From positions 1,664,001 to 1,728,000 of the forward strand of contig OY729426.1 of NCBI GenBank assembly GCA_963422365.1: 64,000 nucleotides of DNA, in the 5' to 3' direction. The notes beneath the pieces are model-generated. The model did not search any database, was not told the DNA's origin, and saw nothing but the letters and a program-made list of their open reading frames with translations. Below, in pieces: positions 39,353 to 50,636 of the stretch. How positions within the stretch are numbered: position 1 is the first letter of the stretch; the number at the start of each line of letters is the position of its first letter. This DNA is from Nitrospirales bacterium. GTDB taxonomy: Bacteria; Nitrospirota; Nitrospiria; Nitrospirales; UBA8639. A program made the translations under genes and the position numbers.

Positions 39353-41869
39353 ATGAATTCACTCTTTCTCCAATTGTATAAAACGCTCGTTATTGATCGG
39401 CCAGTCGTGGCATTGGGGCTTGTGCTTGTCCTGGTAACGTTCTTCACGGCTCAATCTCCGAATTTTAAACTCGATGCGTCCTCTGAATCGATTATCCTAG
39501 AGAACGACCAGGCGTTGAAATATTATCGAACCAGTCGGGCAACCTACGGCTCGGATGATTTTCTCATTGTCGCCTATACGCCTCAGGAAGATTTGTTCTC
39601 TTCCTCTTCGCTCGAATGCTTACAAAAACTCCGTGATGAATTGGCTCGGATCGATTCGGTCAAAACGGTACGCTCTATTTTGGACGTGCCACTCGTGAAT
39701 AGTCCTAAAGTGTCCATTGCAGAATTGAGTGATGAAGGTGGGACACGGACGCTAGAGACTCCAGGGATTAATAAGGAACTCGCCAGAAAAGAATTTTTAG
39801 AAAGTCCTCTCTATCAAAATAATCTCGTCAGTGTGGACGGTCGCACGACCGCGCTGCAAGTCGTTTTTAAGGAAGACACGACCTACGCCACGTTCCTGAA
39901 AAAGCGAAATCGGTTGAGAGAGAAGAAAGCCGAGTCAGGGCTCACGCCGGAAGAAACGGCGGCCTTACAATCTGCGGAGCAGACGTTTCAGGACTATCAT
40001 GCTGCCTTTGTCGAAGCTGGACGGAAGGATATCGAAGTCGTCCGCGGTATTCTCGATACGTATCGTGAGAACGCCCAACTCTATTTGGGTGGGGTGCGCA
40101 TGGTCATCGCCGATATGATCAGTTTCATTGAACATGACATTGCGGTGTTTGGCGTCGTTGTGCTCGGCTTGTTGCTCACGGCGTTAGTGTATTTTTTCCG
40201 TGCGCTGCGATGGGTGTTGTTGCCCATGTCCTGCTGTGTAATTTCAGTCAGTGTGATGGTGGGCTACTTGGGCTTTATGGATTGGCGTGTGACGGTCATT
40301 TCCTCAAACTTTGTTTCTCTGTTGCTCATCATCACCATGTCCTTAACCATCCACCTCATCGTGCGCTACCGAATTCTGAATGAGCAGACCCCGCAGATGG
40401 ACCAGAAAACGTTAGTCTTTCACACGATGCGGGAAATGGCGGAACCCTGTTTTTATACGGCCATTACGACGATTGTGGCGTTCTGTTCTCTGATTGTCAG
40501 TGATATTCGGCCTGTTATTGATTTTGGCTGGATCATGACGATAGGAATCTCCTTCGCGTTCGTGCTGAATTTCATCTATTTTCCAGCGGTGTTGGTGTTG
40601 CTCAAACCGGAGAAAGCCGTGGTGCGTGTGGATACCACGCGATCGTTCACCATGGCGGTGGCCGGCTTTACCCTCAAGTACGCCAAGCCGATCGTGATAG
40701 CCTGTGTGATGTTGGCCGTGCTGGGTGGAATGGGTATTGCGCAACTGGAGGTGGAAAACCGATTCATCGATCATTTCAAAAGCACGACGGAAATTTACCA
40801 AGGCATGGAATTGATTGATACGAAGTTGGGGGGAACCATTCCGTTAGATTTTGTGATTGATGCCGATGAAGGATTTTTGGCCTCCTCTGAAGAGACCGAA
40901 GATCCCTTTGATGATCCGTTCGGCCAGGAAGGAGATGCATCCGAAGAGATTTCTTATTGGTTCAATGGAGATCGGTTAACGCAGATTGAAGCGATTCATG
41001 ATTATCTCGAGTCGTTACCGGAAGTGGGCAAGGTCTTGTCCCTTGCCACGGGCATGAAAGTCTTCAGGCAGTTGAATGATGGCCGGATGCCGGAGGATTA
41101 TGAGCTGGCTCTTCTGAGAAAGTACGTCCCCGATGCCGTGAAGAAAGCGCTTCTTGATCCGTATCTGTCTCCTGATGCCAACCAAACGCGTTTGACCATG
41201 CGGCTGATTGAATCTGCACCGACGCTCAAACGAAAAGAATTAATCGAGTATATCCGAACGTACCTGGTCGAGGAAATGGGGTTTGCCGATACGACCGTGC
41301 ATCCAACGGGCATGGCGGTGCTCTACAGCAATTTGCTCCAAAGTTTATACACATCCCAGATTCTGACGCTGGGTATGGTCTTTATGAGCATTCTCTTGAT
41401 GTTCATCGTGCTCTTTCGCAAGGTGTCGTTGGCGATTTTGGCGATTTTCCCTAACTTCTTGGCTGCCTGTGCGGTACTTGGATTAATGGGTTGGTGGGGG
41501 ATTCCCTTGGACATCATGACCATTACGATTGCGGCGATCACGGTGGGCATCGCTGTTGATCACGCCATTCACTACATTCACCGGTTTCAAGTAGAATTCG
41601 TGAAACATCGAACCTATCGAGAAACCATCCTGGCCTGTCATGGGAGTATCGGCCGCGCCATCTATTACACGGCGCTCACGATTACCATGGGTTTTAGTAT
41701 TCTGGCCTTTTCCAGTTTTATCCCAACCATCTACTTTGGCTTGCTCACAGGGTTTGCCATGATGGTGGCCCTTATGAGCAATCTCACCCTGTTAGCCGCG
41801 TTACTGATGATCGTGAAGCCATTAGGCTCAGAAACAACGTCAAACAATCCCGCAAGACAAGCTTCTTGA
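39353..41869 (+). CDS. RND/MMPL family transporter
   Basis: Two TM blocks separated by periplasmic loops; GIAVDHAIHYIHRF motif. Confidence 0.88.
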   Translation: MNSLFLQLYKTLVIDRPVVALGLVLVLVTFFTAQSPNFKLDASSESIILENDQALKYYRTSRATYGSDDFLIVAYTPQEDLFSSSSLECLQKLRDELARIDSVKTVRSILDVPLVNSPKVSIAELSDEGGTRTLETPGINKELARKEFLESPLYQNNLVSVDGRTTALQVVFKEDTTYATFLKKRNRLREKKAESGLTPEETAALQSAEQTFQDYHAAFVEAGRKDIEVVRGILDTYRENAQLYLGGVRMVIADMISFIEHDIAVFGVVVLGLLLTALVYFFRALRWVLLPMSCCVISVSVMVGYLGFMDWRVTVISSNFVSLLLIITMSLTIHLIVRYRILNEQTPQMDQKTLVFHTMREMAEPCFYTAITTIVAFCSLIVSDIRPVIDFGWIMTIGISFAFVLNFIYFPAVLVLLKPEKAVVRVDTTRSFTMAVAGFTLKYAKPIVIACVMLAVLGGMGIAQLEVENRFIDHFKSTTEIYQGMELIDTKLGGTIPLDFVIDADEGFLASSEETEDPFDDPFGQEGDASEEISYWFNGDRLTQIEAIHDYLESLPEVGKVLSLATGMKVFRQLNDGRMPEDYELALLRKYVPDAVKKALLDPYLSPDANQTRLTMRLIESAPTLKRKELIEYIRTYLVEEMGFADTTVHPTGMAVLYSNLLQSLYTSQILTLGMVFMSILLMFIVLFRKVSLAILAIFPNFLAACAVLGLMGWWGIPLDIMTITIAAITVGIAVDHAIHYIHRFQVEFVKHRTYRETILACHGSIGRAIYYTALTITMGFSILAFSSFIPTIYFGLLTGFAMMVALMSNLTLLAALLMIVKPLGSETTSNNPARQAS

Positions 41870-42009
41870 ACGGGCTTTCAGACCAATGTGGCCCCAATCC
41901 GGCGCCCACTCTTGTCAGGACTGCCGTCGTGACGTATTTTTTATCCCCCGGTGACTCGTCGCACTGAAGAAGATGGAGTGACGAGGCGCCTCTGTCGATT
42001 TATGGTGAT

Positions 42010-43004
42010 GATTACGTGCTTTTTAAAGGTGGGCACCGCATGAATTTCACTTTATCCGAATCCGGCCTTGTGAAACATGGCATCCCATTTCTTGAACGTG
42101 TACGCGTCACCTACCGGTGTGGTGGCAAGCATGATGAGTGTAAAGTCTGGCGAAGCAGGACTGATACGATCATTATGAAGGACAAACTCCAACGTGATCA
42201 CTCGTCCGTTTGATGCCAATGAGTCATGGGCCTTTTGGAGAAAGGCTTCACACTCCGGCGGAGCAAAGTGATGAAGAAAGTTGGTTCAAAGGATACGGTC
42301 ATACCCCTCACCAAAGTCGACTTCAAAGGCGCTGCCGGGAATGGTTTTGTATCGGTTTCCTAAAGATGCGGCGTTTGCGTTTTTCTGAGCCACGGTCAGG
42401 ACATTGGGCCAATGGATTGCGGTGATTTCGGCGGTTGGAAACCGTTTCGCGATTTCTACGCTGAAGACTCCATGGCCGGCTGCCATGTCCAGGATCTTGC
42501 GGATCGTCCCACCTGCTGAAAGAAGATGGTCGGCTATCCAGTTGGCCGGGCCGATCATCATGGGAACCATCGCACGGGCGAAGGTCACCCACTCGGGACG
42601 TTCCTCAGCCGTGGTCCCTTTGTCATCCAAAGCCGTCCCACCTTTTCGAACAGCCTCCGTGAGGCGGCGCAAGCCATCAAACAGAGGCGGAGCGAGAAGG
42701 AATTCCAGCGTCCCACCTACATAGATTGGAGAGGTTTTGACTAAAACACGTCTGAATCGTGAGTGAGGGAGGACGTATTCCCTGATTTTGTGAGAAAACC
42801 GAGCATCACCAAATAGTCAGCCAGCATGCGTATGCCTCGTTCCGAGGCTCTGCACCGATTCGCTAAGGAAGGAGGCGTATTATGCCCTTCTTTTATGGCC
42901 GTGAAGATTTTCAGATCAATGGCGGTTTTAATCGAATAGGTGCGTTGAATGGCAAAAGTCGTGTCAAAAAACAATTGAGGAGATGGAGGGGTCGCGTGTG
43001 CCAT
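42010..43004 (-). pseudogene. SAM-dependent O-methyltransferase (dimerisation domain) pseudogene
   Basis: KILDMAAGHG and NFLHHF motifs; in-frame stops at 42741-42743 and 42286-42288. Confidence 0.8.
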
Positions 43005-43137
43005 TGCCGTTGTAGGGCTGCAGCTTATGCAGCCAACGGAAGTCGCCATGAGATGTCGCCGCTACAAAAGAGGGAGAAGACAGAAGCTCCTGATTCTGTC
43101 AGCGAATGAATGCCCATTGACAAGGGCTGATTTCTTG

Positions 43138-44010
43138 TCATTGCCCGGTATCGGAGGATTCGAGGTCACTGAGAGCTTTGAACAGATCCAGGTATTTGAA
43201 TTGGTAGTTGAAATCAGACAGAATTTTTCTAGGTGAGAGTCGTTTCCCCACTTCGCGGGTGACGGTCGTCGGTGGGATAGGAATATGAAATTGCTCGGCG
43301 GCAAAGCGACAGATCTCCGACCAATATCGTGGTTGGCCGTCGCTCACAATATACGTTGACCCAGACGAGGCATATCGCAGTGCGAGTAGGCAAAGTTCCG
43401 CAACGTCTTCTACGTGGACCAGGTTGACGTATTTTTTTGAATTTTTGATTTTTCCCATCCGAATCCAATCGAACACGTGTCGCCCCGGTCCATAGAGCCC
43501 GGAAAGTCTCAGGGTCGTCGCACCAAGCGTCGTTCGTAAATATTCTTCGCTGGATACGCGGGGAATAGAGCGGTTAACCGGCACACGTTCGTCTACGATG
43601 TCGGGGAGGCCTGATGGAAAGGCTGACGTGCTGCCTAGGACGAACAAACGGCTTTTCTGGTCAATCAAGTGTTGCCCAAAGGCCCTGGCTGTGTCTTCGG
43701 GAAGAGCCGGAAAACACCAGATAATATCCGAACGCGCGGGAATATGAGACCACGTCTCGAGTTGCCGTAAATCAAAAAAGATGCGGTGGTCTGGTTGCGC
43801 AAACGAAAGATGGGCCGTGGGGCAACGACTCGTTGCAAAAACCAGCCGACCTTGCTGGAGAGCAGCGTGGTAGATGAATCGTCCGGTATACCCGGCACCG
43901 AGGATCACGAGAGGGGGGATGAGATGCGACCCATGAGGCACGCAAGCGGTTTCTTCACTAAAGGTGGTTGCCGCAATGGTCGGGGTGAGGCCTTGGCTGG
44001 CTTCAAGCAT
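43138..44010 (-). CDS. NAD-dependent epimerase/dehydratase-like (atypical SDR)
   Basis: ILGAGYTG, LRLSGLYGPGR and NLVHVEDVA motifs. Confidence 0.82.
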   Translation of the reverse strand: MLEASQGLTPTIAATTFSEETACVPHGSHLIPPLVILGAGYTGRFIYHAALQQGRLVFATSRCPTAHLSFAQPDHRIFFDLRQLETWSHIPARSDIIWCFPALPEDTARAFGQHLIDQKSRLFVLGSTSAFPSGLPDIVDERVPVNRSIPRVSSEEYLRTTLGATTLRLSGLYGPGRHVFDWIRMGKIKNSKKYVNLVHVEDVAELCLLALRYASSGSTYIVSDGQPRYWSEICRFAAEQFHIPIPPTTVTREVGKRLSPRKILSDFNYQFKYLDLFKALSDLESSDTGQ

Positions 44011-44049
44011 GGTCGCGGAGTGCTTGGGTTGCTCGAATCATGAAAACGG

Positions 44050-44520
44050 TCAGCCTTTGCTTGCAATCGAAGCAACGACAAGAATCGTCAATGCTGTGAT
44101 CACGGTAACGTAAACGGTCACGCTTCGGTCATTCAACCAAGCGGTTTGCCAATCTTCCGGGTACAGGGCTTTTCCCACCAAATAGAGGCCCTCTTCGTAC
44201 AGTCCGAGCACTTGTTCAATTTTGATCAGGGTTTGCTTGGCAATGCGGTGGCGATCGCGTTGCTGCAAAATAAGGTAGACGAACAAGGCCGAGAACAGAG
44301 CGGTTCCGGTCATGGTAAAGACTTTGATGGTGAGATGAACCGGATAAGGAGGCGAGAGCGCGAGAATCGTGATGAGGAGCAGGACCAAAAATGCGCTGCC
44401 AAAGGCCGTCAGGCGCATCATTTGTTCCCGACGGCGGAACACCTCTTCCTTATACCAAGGGTAGAGAACCCGAAAGACTTCAATCTGTTCCTCGCTTAAC
44501 TTGACAGTGATCTCGGTCAT
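44050..44520 (-). CDS. Hypothetical membrane protein (3 TM)
   Basis: Three hydrophobic helices, co-oriented with flanking genes. Confidence 0.65.
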   Translation of the reverse strand: MTEITVKLSEEQIEVFRVLYPWYKEEVFRRREQMMRLTAFGSAFLVLLLITILALSPPYPVHLTIKVFTMTGTALFSALFVYLILQQRDRHRIAKQTLIKIEQVLGLYEEGLYLVGKALYPEDWQTAWLNDRSVTVYVTVITALTILVVASIASKG

Positions 44521-45310
44521 GATCGGCTCTGAGTCAAGGGTGAAAGATGGGCCTGCATCCAGTTTGCCACATGAACGGTCCTATGACGAAAATCTTCGGG
44601 TCTTCCAAACTGGTGGTCAGCCTCGGGGAGAAGCACGAGTTTCTTGTTGCAGGGCAAGGCATTCTCCAATCGGTGGATTTGGCGGAGCGGGACCAATTCG
44701 TCTTGTTTGCATGGACGATCAGGACTGGTGTGCTGATTTTGCGAGCGGCTGCATAGGCATTCCATGCACGGCAACTCTCGTAAAATGAGAAATCCAAAAA
44801 CAGTGGTGCGGTCCCTCCCGTCACGTTGGGAATATAGTTGGTGCATTTCCATTCTTCAATTCCATTGAGCCCAAATTCCTGTTCCAGCATTTCCGGAAAA
44901 TCCGGAACGGGATATTTGAGGCCGATCGCATGCAGTTCAGGATGGGTTTTACTAACCAGGATGGTAATGAGACCGCCGAAACTCGATCCGATGAGCCAGA
45001 ATTTTTGATAGCCTTGTGCGTGCATCCGGGTTATGGCGTGTTCTCATTGGTCGCAACATTTCGAAACCGTGAGATAACTGAATCTCCCCTCGGATGTACC
45101 CATCCCAAACCAGCCGAATCGAAAGGTGCTGATACCCTTGGCGACCAAGAGTTGAGTCAGGCGGAGGTTGGTGCGACTCTCTTTATTTGAGAGAAATCCA
45201 TGGCAGAGGATGACGGCTTGCTCACTTTTATGAGTAGGCTCTGCGAGCATTGCCGAAACTGAGTTGTCTGCGTTGTCTTGAAAGGTGAGGGGGGGGTCTG
45301 AGCAAGCCAT
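44517..45310 (-). pseudogene. Alpha/beta hydrolase pseudogene
   Basis: CHGFLS, GSSFGG, PVLIVH and ADHQF motifs split across frames by stops and frameshifts. Confidence 0.8.
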
Positions 45311-45406
45311 GGCTGAATCCTGGAGAATGTCGGGAAATTCCGTCAATTGGTACGAACTTTCTCTTGATGCGGTGGACTGCTCAGGTGCACGGCCATGCAA
45401 TTGTGC

Positions 45407-46195
45407 TTAGGAAAGAAAATAGAAATGGTTGGTTGGGCCTCGACCGTGACCGATTGCCAGACCATGACGAATCGCAGACGTGACATAATCTTTCGCCGTT
45501 TTGACTGCGGCAGGAAGGAGTTTTTCTAAAGCCAGGTGAGCGGCAAGGGCCGAGGCAAAAGTACACCCCGTTCCATGGGTGTGAGGCGTGTCGATCCATT
45601 CTCCCTTATACATGCGAAAAAACCGTCCGTCATACAAAAGATCGCTGGCGGGAGACTCCAATGAATGTCCGCCCTTGATCAGCACGTGTTGGCATCCAAA
45701 CCGGTGGAGTGCTTTAGCCGCCTCCCGGGCTTCGGCCAGCGACCGAATCGTCAGGCCTGTCAACCGTTCAGCTTCATGGATGTTGGGCGTGATGATGTAG
45801 GCTAAGGGAATGAGCGCGTGTTTTAACGCATCAATTGCATCGGCTTGTAACAGGTCCTGTCCACTTTTTGAAATCATAACGGGATCGACGACAACACAAG
45901 GCACGTGGTATTGCTGCAACTTTCGGCTTACGAGGGACGTGAGTGAGGCAGAGGACAGCATCCCCGTTTTGACTGCGGCCACGTCAAAATCAGCAAAAAT
46001 CGCGTCGATCTGCGCTTCGACGATGGATTCGGGAAGATCGTGAATGGCTGAGATTCCTGTGGTGTTTTGTGCGGTAATTGAGGTGATCACCGACATGGCA
46101 TAGGTGCCATTGGCAGACATGGCTTTCAGGTCCGCTTGGATTCCGGCTCCGCCACCTGAATCAGAACCGGCAATGGTCAGGACTTGTTTGAGCAT
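45407..46195 (-). CDS. thiD: Hydroxymethylpyrimidine/phosphomethylpyrimidine kinase
   Basis: [27 protein letters not shown] and THGTGCT motifs. Confidence 0.96.
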   Translation of the reverse strand: MLKQVLTIAGSDSGGGAGIQADLKAMSANGTYAMSVITSITAQNTTGISAIHDLPESIVEAQIDAIFADFDVAAVKTGMLSSASLTSLVSRKLQQYHVPCVVVDPVMISKSGQDLLQADAIDALKHALIPLAYIITPNIHEAERLTGLTIRSLAEAREAAKALHRFGCQHVLIKGGHSLESPASDLLYDGRFFRMYKGEWIDTPHTHGTGCTFASALAAHLALEKLLPAAVKTAKDYVTSAIRHGLAIGHGRGPTNHFYFLS

Positions 46196-46315
46196 GGTCT
46201 GGGGAAGAGAACAGAAGAGTGTAAGCCCCGTCGGCTTGTCCTTGCGTCACGTGTTTCGACTCTAGCATGGGTCTTGGGGGTGGTCAAATTCACAGAGAAG
46301 AAGGACCTTTAAAAG

Positions 46316-46470
46316 CAGATGGCTCAGAATGACGGAAGGGGGGTGTCATCCTGCACCACACATCCGTGTAGGGCGCGATCTTCTCGCGCCTTTTCTCGGC
46401 CGCATGAGATACGGCCCTACAGATTCTTCGACGCGCTCAGCATGATACATAAAAAACTCGGAATGACAAG
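46316..46470. repeat. Mosaic of REP elements: an inverted GTAG pair flanked by GTCA-type units
   Basis: GTAGGGCGCGATCTTCTCGCGCC (46368-46390) faces GGCCGCATGAGATACGGCCCTAC (46398-46420). Flanks include CTCAGAATGAC and AGATTCTTCGACGCGCTCAGCATGA. Confidence 0.7.
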
Positions 46471-46638
46471 CGGGCACACAGGATAGGTTTTTGTCAATGC
46501 CCCCTCTTAGCCGGACGAATAGACCAAGCGATGTCTTCATTGAATCATTCTTTCTTACGCTTCGTAATAGGTCAAAAATATAACAAAACCAGAGGAGAAA
46601 GGAGAAGGGGACGATGATCTCAACAACATCTTCCAGGC

Positions 46639-46667
46639 TTGACACTAACGGGGTTTGTTGTTACGTT
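46639..46667 (+). promoter_or_regulatory. Candidate sigma70 promoter of glyQS
   Basis: TTGACA-17 bp-TACGTT with an extended -10 TG. Confidence 0.55.
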
Positions 46668-46746
46668 CCGGTCTTAAGACTTGTATAAATTTTTTTGCTG
46701 ATCAGGTCGAATTCGATGGCTACCAGGTCTGGCGGCAACTACTTCC

Positions 46747-47682
46747 GTGACCGTTCAGAATCTTATTCTCTCGCTTCATCAGTTCTGGGCAAATCAACAC
46801 TGTCTCATTTGCCAGCCGTATGATTTGGAAAAGGGTGCCGGTACCTTTAATCCAGCTACCTTTCTGCGTGCCTTAGGGCCTGAGCCGTGGCGGGCGGCGT
46901 ATGTCGAGCCGTGCCGTCGTCCCACTGACGGTCGGTACGGAGAAAACCCTAATCGGTTGCAACATTATTATCAGTACCAAGTGGTCATCAAGCCGTGCGT
47001 GGATACTATCCAGTCGTTGTATCTGGAGAGTCTTGCGATGCTGGGGATCGATCCTCGAAAACATGACGTTCGGTTTGTTCAAGATGATTGGGAATCTCCG
47101 ACGTTGGGAGCGTGGGGGCTTGGGTGGGAAGTTCGGCTTGATGGCATGGAAATTACCCAATTTACCTATTTTCAAGAAGCTGGCGGGCAAACCCTCGATC
47201 CGGTGACGGTGGAGCTCACCTATGGAACGGAGCGGATTGCCATGTATTTACAAGGAGTCGATAACGTGTACGATCTCCAGTGGTCGGAAGATGTCAGCTA
47301 TGGAGATTTATTCCACGATTCGGAAGTCCAATTCTCTCATTATCATTTCGAGTCCGCAGATATTGCCATGATTTATACGATGTTTACGGCCTGTGAGGAA
47401 GAAGGGCACACGTTGTTAAAGCAAGGGCTTGTGTTACCGGCCTACGATTATTGTATGAAAACCTCTCACTTGTTCAATGTTCTGGATGCGCGGGGTGCGC
47501 TGAGCGTGGCTGAACGAACAGGATATATCGGGCGCGTGCGTGGACTCGCGAGGGGATGTGCGGATGCGTATGTCGCAAGAAGAAAAAGCTTGGGGTTTCC
47601 GTTCCTGACTGAAGCCAAATCAGGGTCGGTCTCAAAAAATGCCGCATCTCCGAAACAAAAGCTGAAGCGTCTTCCGTCATAA
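46747..47682 (+). CDS. glyQ: Glycine--tRNA ligase alpha subunit
   Basis: [39 protein letters not shown] and ELTYG motifs. Confidence 0.98.
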   Translation: MTVQNLILSLHQFWANQHCLICQPYDLEKGAGTFNPATFLRALGPEPWRAAYVEPCRRPTDGRYGENPNRLQHYYQYQVVIKPCVDTIQSLYLESLAMLGIDPRKHDVRFVQDDWESPTLGAWGLGWEVRLDGMEITQFTYFQEAGGQTLDPVTVELTYGTERIAMYLQGVDNVYDLQWSEDVSYGDLFHDSEVQFSHYHFESADIAMIYTMFTACEEEGHTLLKQGLVLPAYDYCMKTSHLFNVLDARGALSVAERTGYIGRVRGLARGCADAYVARRKSLGFPFLTEAKSGSVSKNAASPKQKLKRLPS

Positions 47683-47700
47683 TTCTCCATAGCCTGCCAT

Positions 47701-49923
47701 ATGCAATCCCGACGGTCGACTCCAACCCAAGTCCCCACGAAAAACCCCAAACGAGATCGTCTTCCCACATCGTCCTTTCTGGTGGAAATCGGATCCGAAG
47801 AGTTGCCATGGCAGATGATTCAACCAGCCATGACGCAACTCGCTCAATTGCTGGAAGGCTTTCTGGCGAATCAACGCCTCTCCCATGACCATATCCGGAC
47901 TTTTGGAACCCCTCGTCGTCTCGCGGTACTCGTTCAGGGATTGGCCACAAAGCAAACGTCGGTCCTGCAAGAAACGCTGGGTCCCTCCAAAGCTGTAGCG
48001 TTTGATGCTCAGGGGCACCCAACCAAAGCCGCAGCGGGTTTTGCAAAATCTCAAGGTGTGGATGTCAAAAAATTGGAGACTCGGGAAACGTCCAAAGGGA
48101 TTTACCTCTGCGCAGTCAAACGGGAGAAAGGGTTGCCGGCGGCTAAGGTGTTCACCAATCATCTCTCCAGTCTTCTTCAACAACTCACCTTTTCGAAAAC
48201 CATGAGATGGAATGCTTCGGGAGTCCGATATCCACGGCCTATCCGGTGGTTGGTCGCGCTGGTAGGCACCAAGGCTGTGTCCATCGAATTCGCCGGGGTG
48301 CGGTCGGGGTCCCGTTCATGGGGGCATCGGTTCTTATCAGGTGGGAAGACCGTCGATGCGGCAAGCAAGGGGATCGAAATCCAACGGCCGGAAGTGTATG
48401 AAGCGGCATTGGAACGCGCGGGAGTGGTGGTTGATCCGGTCCGGCGTCGGGCAGTGCTTCGTCGACAACTCGAACACTTTGCCCGTTCGGTCAAAGGACA
48501 GGTGTATCAGGCCAATCAGGAAGAACTTCTCGACCAAGCGGTTTTTTCGTTGGAATGTCCCAATATTCTTAGTGGGACATTTGATCGAAACTACCTGGCA
48601 TTGCCCCCGGAAGTGCTGATTACCTCTATGAAAGAGCATCAAGGGTTTTTCTCGGTCGTCAATCGGAAACAGGAATTACTTCCTCGGTTTTTCGCTCCTA
48701 CCAACACAAACGTGAAAAATATGGAGTTGATTGCAATCGGCAATGAGCGAGTCTTGGCCGCTCGTCTGGCGGACGCCCGATATTTTTTTCATGAGGATCG
48801 CAAGGGGAAACTGGCCGAGCGCGTGCCTCAACTGAATGGCGTGGTGTTTCATAAACAACTGGGCTCCCTGTATCAAAAAACAGAACGGACGATTTCCCTG
48901 ATCGGAGCCCTTGCGGATGCCGTCGGGGTCCCGGAGGTGAAGGCGTCGTGTCAGCGAGCGGCTCTCTTAAGCAAGGTTGATTTGGTGACGGGGATGGTTG
49001 GGGAGTTTCCGACGCTCCAAGGTGTGATGGGAGAAAAGTATGCAGCACATGACGGTGAACCCATCGAAGTGTGCCAAGCCCTAGGGGAATACTATCAGCC
49101 GCGAACACCGGATGAGAACATCCCCGAGACAACGGTGGGCAGGTTGCTGGCGCTGACCGATCGGTTGGATACCCTGTCGGCGTTTTTCTATGCAGGGCTT
49201 GTTCCTTCCGGCTCGGAAGATCCCTATAGCCTTCGCCGAAGTGCGTTTGGCGTGATTCGAATTGTGATCGAAGCAGGGTTGAAGATAAACCTAGGAGTAA
49301 TCTTGCATCAGGCAGAACACCTGCTTGATGCGCAGGGTGTCAACGCTGCTCCGCCGACACAAAGTCGGGATACAGAAGGGACCCTCATCATCCTGTGGCC
49401 CTTGCTTAAGTTTTTGGAGGATCGGCTTCGATATTATGGCCGCACCGTGCCTGGATATCGTGAAGACGTGATGGAGAGTGTCTTAGGACGTCCCAATGGT
49501 GCCGACTGTGATATCCGCGATTTGTTTTTGCGCATGGAAGCGTTGCAAGCGATCATGAGTCAGCAAGACTTTGAATGGTTAACAATCGGATTTAAGCGAG
49601 TACACAGAATCGTCGAAAAAGAAGCATGGACGAACAGAACCATTAAGGTCGAGCTTTGGACCCACCCAACAGAGCGGACGTTATATCAGGCCGTGGAAAC
49701 AGCCAAACGTGCGGTTGGGCAATCGCTTGAAGCCCGTGATTATCACGGAGCCCTGAGACAACTCATCGAGTTGAAAGGCCCCATCGACCAATTTTTTGAG
49801 GGTGTCTTGGTGAATGCCCCGGACCCTGAGGTCAGAGCGAATCGGTTGTCGTTATTGTGTCAAGTCGATGATTTGTTCTCAGCCTTCGGAGATTTGTCCC
49901 AAATCCACGTTCAAGGCCAGTAA
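47701..49923 (+). CDS. glyS: Glycine--tRNA ligase beta subunit
   Basis: EIGSEELP, TPRRLA, GNERVL.ARL.DA, MVGEFPTLQG and GSEDPYSLRR motifs. Confidence 0.97.
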   Translation: MQSRRSTPTQVPTKNPKRDRLPTSSFLVEIGSEELPWQMIQPAMTQLAQLLEGFLANQRLSHDHIRTFGTPRRLAVLVQGLATKQTSVLQETLGPSKAVAFDAQGHPTKAAAGFAKSQGVDVKKLETRETSKGIYLCAVKREKGLPAAKVFTNHLSSLLQQLTFSKTMRWNASGVRYPRPIRWLVALVGTKAVSIEFAGVRSGSRSWGHRFLSGGKTVDAASKGIEIQRPEVYEAALERAGVVVDPVRRRAVLRRQLEHFARSVKGQVYQANQEELLDQAVFSLECPNILSGTFDRNYLALPPEVLITSMKEHQGFFSVVNRKQELLPRFFAPTNTNVKNMELIAIGNERVLAARLADARYFFHEDRKGKLAERVPQLNGVVFHKQLGSLYQKTERTISLIGALADAVGVPEVKASCQRAALLSKVDLVTGMVGEFPTLQGVMGEKYAAHDGEPIEVCQALGEYYQPRTPDENIPETTVGRLLALTDRLDTLSAFFYAGLVPSGSEDPYSLRRSAFGVIRIVIEAGLKINLGVILHQAEHLLDAQGVNAAPPTQSRDTEGTLIILWPLLKFLEDRLRYYGRTVPGYREDVMESVLGRPNGADCDIRDLFLRMEALQAIMSQQDFEWLTIGFKRVHRIVEKEAWTNRTIKVELWTHPTERTLYQAVETAKRAVGQSLEARDYHGALRQLIELKGPIDQFFEGVLVNAPDPEVRANRLSLLCQVDDLFSAFGDLSQIHVQGQ

Positions 49924-49963
49924 AGGAGTCGTCCCCATTATTGGGCCTGAGCTGTGAGAGCCC

Positions 49964-50416
49964 ATGATTGTTTCCGAGTCCGGATTCCGGTGGTTTCGTG
50001 GGGGGATTACGTTGAGCTTGATCGTCGTCTGTAACGTGGTTCTTTTGGGAGCCTTATGGGTCACCGATCTGGATTTGGATTTTATCTTGACCAACTCCGA
50101 TCTCTATGACCCGAAATTGAGCCATTGTCTCCGGGTGGCCTGGGCCGAGGTGTCTGGGGTCGAGAGGCCGCTTCAGGTATGTTCGGAATGGTTGGATACA
50201 ACTGACCCCACAGGGCAGGTCCATTCATTACGGGAAGGAGAGCCGTTGGCCATGAGCGTCGATGGGAATCTGTATTATGAGAACGCCAGAAATGCCGACC
50301 ATTGGGTGTTGGGGCTGTTGATCTTTACCGGTGTGGTCATCTATCTGGGTATGTGGACCAAACGCGTGCTTTTGACTTGGTATGAGATGCATCTTCGAAA
50401 AAATGAGTCGTCATAA
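49964..50416 (+). CDS. Hypothetical membrane protein (2 TM)
   Basis: Two TM helices around a Cys-containing loop; lies between glyS and ppdK. Confidence 0.65.
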   Translation: MIVSESGFRWFRGGITLSLIVVCNVVLLGALWVTDLDLDFILTNSDLYDPKLSHCLRVAWAEVSGVERPLQVCSEWLDTTDPTGQVHSLREGEPLAMSVDGNLYYENARNADHWVLGLLIFTGVVIYLGMWTKRVLLTWYEMHLRKNESS

Positions 50417-50636
50417 TACACCTGCGTTTGAACCCGTTCGGCAGAAGCCTGAAAAAGGGTCTACAACCAGTTCAGCAAGGACTCCTGATCGGTTTTTCAA
50501 ACACTCACGGCCTGCGTTGAATAAATTTTTGTGGGGCATCAAATAGTTGTGGTAAATTGCCACCTCGGGCGCCAACCTGCAGCAACGAAGGGTCTGGTTG
50601 GGTCGCCTTGCGTCGGTCAACGGGGGGAACCCATAC

